This document shows, in pieces, positions 60,322 to 64,000 of a stretch of DNA of 64,000 bases. Numbering within the stretch: position 1 is the stretch's first letter; each line of letters begins with the position of its first letter. The translations under genes and the position numbers were made by a program. Below the pieces are notes generated by a model, which saw only the letters and a list, made by a program, of their open reading frames with translations, was not told where the DNA came from and searched no databases. Source of the stretch: Gemmatimonadota bacterium (GTDB taxonomy: Bacteria > Gemmatimonadota > Gemmatimonadetes > Gemmatimonadales > GWC2-71-9); NCBI GenBank assembly GCA_027294455.1, contig JAPULZ010000109.1:13259-77258 (forward strand), in the 5' to 3' direction.

Positions 60322-62702
60322 ACGCACCGGAAACGCCGAAACACGCCGCGGCGCCGTTCGAGCCGCGCCATCCAACGTGGCTCGCGGCCGGACTCTGCTC
60401 GCTGTGGATCGTGGTGCTGTCGCTTCCCATGCTGGCCGGACGCTTCTTGGGTACCTGGGCCAGCGACCAGTACAAAGCCGGCTACGGGTTTCGTGCGTGG
60501 GCGGCGGAACAGTGGCGCACCACCGGACGGGTCCCATTGTGGAATCCGGAGATTTTCGGCGGCATGCCGTTCGTCGCCGGAATGCACGGCGACATCTTCT
60601 ATCCCACGGCGTGGACCAGACTCTTCTTGCCCACCGACGTCGCCATGAACCTGGGGTTCGCGGTGCACTACGTGCTCTGCGGCTTGTTCGCCTATCTGTT
60701 CCTGCGACGGATCAAGATCTCGTGGACGGGATCGGTGCTGGGAGGTATCGCCTACCAGCTCACCGGCGTCATCGCGTCGTACGTTAATCCGGGACACGAC
60801 GGCAAGCTGTTCGTGAGCGCATTGTTTCCGCTGGCGCTGCTCGCCCTCATCATGGCGCTGCGGGAGAAGAAGTGGGAAGGGCAGGCGCTCCTCGCGTTGA
60901 CCGTTGGCCTGGCATTTCTCGCCCCACATCCCCAGTTGCTGTACTACATGCTGGTCACGTCCGCCCTGTTTGCCCTCTACCTCACGTTCGGCGAGTCGAC
61001 GACCGAGCCGGTGCAACCCCGGATCATGCGGCTCGGCGTTTGCCTCGCCGCCATCTTCGTGGGATTCGGCATCGGCGCGATTCAGATGCTGCCCTTCTAC
61101 TATTACATCCCCTATTCGCCGAGAGCCGAAACCGTCGGGGGATGGGAACACGCCACATCGTACGCCATTCCCTGGGAGCACGTTCCCGAATTTTTCTTCG
61201 CTCGCTTCGTGGGGCAGACGACCATCGACGGGAGCACCTACTGGGGCACGAACGGCCTCAAGCTGCACTCGGAGTACCTGGGCCTACCCGTCGTGGCCCT
61301 GGCCGTCCTCGGCGTCGCGGGGACCGAGCGGAAACGCTTGAAGTGGTGGCTCGGTGGCATCGCCGCGCTGTTCATGCTGGTAGCCCTCGGGGCTGCCACG
61401 CCGTTCTACCGCGTGTGGTATGGAGTCATGCCCTTCATGAAACAAGTGCGGGCGCCCGGCATGGCGTTGTACATCCCGGCGTTCGTCATGGCCGTGTTCG
61501 CGGGACTCGGCGTCGACCGCCTGTTGCGCGGGGAGGGGAAGACCCATGTGCAGGTCTGGCTCGGCCTGGCTGGGACCGTCGCGGTCTTCGCGCTGCTCGG
61601 CGCCTTCGGGGGGCTGGCTCAATCCCTGGCCGTTCCCGCCAGGGCGCAGGTGGTGGCGTCGGCCATCGATTCGGTTCGCTGGGGGGCGTTCGGCAGCGCG
61701 TTGGCCCTGGCAGCCGTCGGCGTGATCGGCCTCAGCGTGCTGCGCCAGAAGATCAAGCTACATGTGGCCGGGCTGTTGCTCATCGGCGTGGTCGGGGCCG
61801 ATCTCTGGTGGAACGCCCGCACGTTTTGGAATTATTCCGACGCGCCGGATACCCTCTTCGCCGGCGACGAGATCACCGAGTACATCCAATCCACCGACCT
61901 GCCCCATCGCTCCCTCAGTTTCGGGCTGTATCCGCCCACCAACGCCGAAGGCTCGGTCTTGATGGCGTACGGCATCCCCGAGTTGCTGGGACACCACGCC
62001 AACGAGCTCGACGCCTTCGACCGCCTGGTGGGCCGTTACGACCCCGCCGGATCGTTCGCCAACAGGACGCACCCCACCGTTCTCGACCTCTACGCCGTCC
62101 GATTCATGATCATTCCCTCAGGGCAGGGGATCGACTCGATCCCGGGCTACGATAAAGTGCTGAGCGGCGTCACGACGGCAGGCGGCGCCGCCGCCGACCT
62201 GTTCGAGCGACAGGGCTACCTCACTTACGCCAGGATCGTCCCAGCTGCAGTCCTTGCCCCCGCCGTCCAGGTGGCTTCGACCGTGCTGGACCCCCTGTTT
62301 CCCCTGAATCGGATCGTGGTCGTCGATTCCAGCGCCGGATTCAGCCCGCCCGACCTCACCGCGATTCCCGACAGTATTCCGGCGTCGGTTGCCGTAACAG
62401 AATGGAATCCGGGCCACATGACGCTGGAAATTTCGCCGCCCGCGCCGCAGGACGCCTATGTCGTGGTCGGCGAAAATTGGTACACTGATTGGTGGGCCAC
62501 CGTCGACGGAGCGGAGACAGCGACGTTCCGCGGCGATGGAGCCGTGATCGCGCTGGCCGTGCCGGCGGGAGCACGACAGGTGGAGTTGCGGTTCGAGAGC
62601 GACGCATACAACACGGGGAAGGGAATCATGCTGGCGTCGGTGGTGATAATCGTAGCCGGATTCGTGGGACCCGCCGTGGCACGGAGGCGTGGCAGTGGCT
62701 GA
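60318..62702 (+). CDS. YfhO-like polytopic membrane protein (GT-C-type glycosyltransferase candidate)
   Basis: About 794 aa from TTG 60318 (TTGA overlap). N-terminal ...ASDQYKAGYGFRAWAAEQWRTTGRVPLWNPEIFGGMPFVAG...IFYP matches the YfhO-family opening motif. More than 10 TM helices, then a soluble C-terminal domain and a final TM helix. Confidence 0.65.
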   Translation: MNAPETPKHAAAPFEPRHPTWLAAGLCSLWIVVLSLPMLAGRFLGTWASDQYKAGYGFRAWAAEQWRTTGRVPLWNPEIFGGMPFVAGMHGDIFYPTAWTRLFLPTDVAMNLGFAVHYVLCGLFAYLFLRRIKISWTGSVLGGIAYQLTGVIASYVNPGHDGKLFVSALFPLALLALIMALREKKWEGQALLALTVGLAFLAPHPQLLYYMLVTSALFALYLTFGESTTEPVQPRIMRLGVCLAAIFVGFGIGAIQMLPFYYYIPYSPRAETVGGWEHATSYAIPWEHVPEFFFARFVGQTTIDGSTYWGTNGLKLHSEYLGLPVVALAVLGVAGTERKRLKWWLGGIAALFMLVALGAATPFYRVWYGVMPFMKQVRAPGMALYIPAFVMAVFAGLGVDRLLRGEGKTHVQVWLGLAGTVAVFALLGAFGGLAQSLAVPARAQVVASAIDSVRWGAFGSALALAAVGVIGLSVLRQKIKLHVAGLLLIGVVGADLWWNARTFWNYSDAPDTLFAGDEITEYIQSTDLPHRSLSFGLYPPTNAEGSVLMAYGIPELLGHHANELDAFDRLVGRYDPAGSFANRTHPTVLDLYAVRFMIIPSGQGIDSIPGYDKVLSGVTTAGGAAADLFERQGYLTYARIVPAAVLAPAVQVASTVLDPLFPLNRIVVVDSSAGFSPPDLTAIPDSIPASVAVTEWNPGHMTLEISPPAPQDAYVVVGENWYTDWWATVDGAETATFRGDGAVIALAVPAGARQVELRFESDAYNTGKGIMLASVVIIVAGFVGPAVARRRGSG

Positions 62703-63423
62703 TCGGGTCCTGGTGATCATTCCCACCTACAACGAGTCGTCCAACATCCCGCACCTCATTCCGGAAGTGCTGGACCAGGACGAGCGCATCGACGTCCTCA
62801 TCGTCGACGACAACTCGCCGGACGGGACCGGGAAGATCGCCAACCAGCTGGCGTCCGTGAACCAGCGCGTCAACGTGCTGCACCGAGCGGAGAAATCCGG
62901 CCTAGGCACGGCGTACGTGACTGGCTTCAAGTGGGCCCTGGAACGCGACTACGCACTTATCTTCGAGATGGACGCCGACTTCTCACACGACCCGCGCCAT
63001 CTGACGGAGTTCCTGGCGACCATGGCGCAGGAGGAGGTCGATCTGGTCCTGGGATCCCGCTACCTGAACCATCGGGTGGCCGTGGTGAACTGGCCCATCA
63101 CGCGGCTGATTCTGAGTATCGGGGCCAACGCCTACGCCCGGTTCGTGACGGGCATGAAGCTGGCGGACGCCACCGGTGGGTTCAAGTGCTTTCGCCGGAA
63201 GGTGCTGGAGGCCATCGATCTTTCGTCGATCAAGTCGAACGGTTATGCCTTTCAGATCGAGATGAGCTTTCGGGCCCTTCGGAAGGGTTTTCGCATCAAG
63301 GAGATTCCCATCGTGTTCGTGGATCGGGCCGATGGAACCAGCAAGATGTCGGGTGCGATCGTGCGGGAGGCCGTCTGGATGGTGTGGCGGCTGCGATTTC
63401 AGGCTCTCTTCAGGAAGATCTGA
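62689..63423 (+). CDS. polyprenol-phosphate mannosyl/glycosyl-transferase (DPM1-like GT2, no TM domain)
   Basis: 244 aa. VLVIIPTYNE..NI......V........DVLIVDDNSPDGTG..A..L.......V.VL.R..K.GLG.AY..GF..AL...Y....EMDADFSH.P is the DPM1/Ppm1 pattern. Confidence 0.88.
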   Translation: MAVADRVLVIIPTYNESSNIPHLIPEVLDQDERIDVLIVDDNSPDGTGKIANQLASVNQRVNVLHRAEKSGLGTAYVTGFKWALERDYALIFEMDADFSHDPRHLTEFLATMAQEEVDLVLGSRYLNHRVAVVNWPITRLILSIGANAYARFVTGMKLADATGGFKCFRRKVLEAIDLSSIKSNGYAFQIEMSFRALRKGFRIKEIPIVFVDRADGTSKMSGAIVREAVWMVWRLRFQALFRKI

Positions 63424-64000
63424 TGCGCGGAACCGTCGTGTACAAGATGTCCGGATCGGGCAACGACTTCGTCATGGTCGACGGTCGCACGAGCCCGGTG
63501 TCGGTGTGGACACCGGAGCGGGTCCGGGAAGTCTGCGCCAGGCATACCGGGGTCGGCGCCGACGGGCTGGCCGTGCTGGAGCCCGGGTCGCCTGACCGGG
63601 TCCGGTTCCACTACTTCAACGCCGACGGAAACCGGACCGCGATGTGCGGCAATGCCTCTCTCTGCGCGGCCCGGCTGGCCTCGCGGCTGGAGCTCGCCCC
63701 AGACGACATGATCCTCGAGACGGACATCGGTCCCATCCCGGCCAGGATCCTCCCGGGACCCGGCGAGAGAGCCGAGATTGCCTTTCCCAGCATCTCGGAC
63801 CTGAGCGTGCCGGACATCGAGACCGCTGCGGGAGAGCGCTCCATCCATTTCGTGACGGTGGGCGTCCCCCATCTGGTGGTGGTCGTGGACGAAGTGGACG
63901 GGCTGCCGGCCACCCTGCTCGAGAGCCGGGGGAGGGACCTCCGGTCTCACCCGGTCCTCGGGGAGGCCGGCGCGAACGTCAATTTCCTGGGCTGCAAGGA
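63423..64000 (+). CDS. dapF: diaminopimelate epimerase, N-terminal part (runs off the window end)
   Basis: ATG at 63423 (overlaps the upstream TGA). MRGTVVYKMSGSGNDFVMVDGR...GVGADGL.VLEP.........YFNADG....MCGNA..C.ARL. The frame is open to nt 64000 and is not in the ORF track because no stop is reached. Confidence 0.88.
   Translation, partial: MRGTVVYKMSGSGNDFVMVDGRTSPVSVWTPERVREVCARHTGVGADGLAVLEPGSPDRVRFHYFNADGNRTAMCGNASLCAARLASRLELAPDDMILETDIGPIPARILPGPGERAEIAFPSISDLSVPDIETAAGERSIHFVTVGVPHLVVVVDEVDGLPATLLESRGRDLRSHPVLGEAGANVNFLGCK

Overview
This is a GC-rich, densely coding bacterial chromosome segment, almost entirely housekeeping genes in long co-directional strings with many 1-14 nt stop/start overlaps. 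The organism is a diderm, since Kdo and Lpt genes are present.

Gene order, left to right:
- gap (3' end)-pgk-tpiA-secG-carA
- HU/IHF, moaD-moaE, trmL
- mdh-sdhCAB (single cytochrome b type)
- a membrane protein, a queD/PTPS-like gene, and an NlpC/P60 peptidase
- an AhpD/CMD-family gene interrupted by an in-frame TGA
- groES-groEL, with a sigma70-like promoter, a CIRCE operator and a terminator
- a small secreted protein, a HEAT-repeat protein and an HD-GYP phosphodiesterase
- a minus-strand operon: Roadblock/LC7, manC, LbH nucleotidyltransferase, MBL hydrolase
- serS, an orphan histidine kinase, uvrD/pcrA, gatCAB
- a minus-strand PII-like/DUF948-like/Zn-phospholipase-C-like trio
- murA-pgeF
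- rimP-nusA-ylxQ-infB-DUF503-rbfA-truB-ribF-secD-secF-tatD-fhs, then ridA
- a 97-nt tRNA with anticodon UCA (candidate tRNA-Sec)
- a roughly 15 kb string: kdsB-pyrG-kdsA-kdsC-lptC-lptA-like-lptB-rpoN, five envelope-glycosylation genes (GT2, GT4, flippase-like, YfhO-like GT-C, DPM1-like GT2), and dapF (truncated by the window end)

I found no rRNA, CRISPR array, transposase, integrase or recognisable defence island.

Most notable signals:
- Selenocysteine decoding: a candidate selC, plus a CMD/AhpD-family gene whose CxxC second cysteine is replaced by TGA, followed by a SECIS-like hairpin.
- An uncharacterised polyprenol-phosphate/GT-C glycosylation module translationally coupled to the kds-lpt-rpoN string.
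- An LptB with a roughly 140-aa N-terminal extension.
- A HEAT-repeat/HD-GYP gene pair that shares an N-terminal module.
- Several consensus-like promoters that abut start codons, implying leaderless or near-leaderless mRNAs.

All functional calls come from reading the translated ORFs and the DNA by eye. No database search was run.
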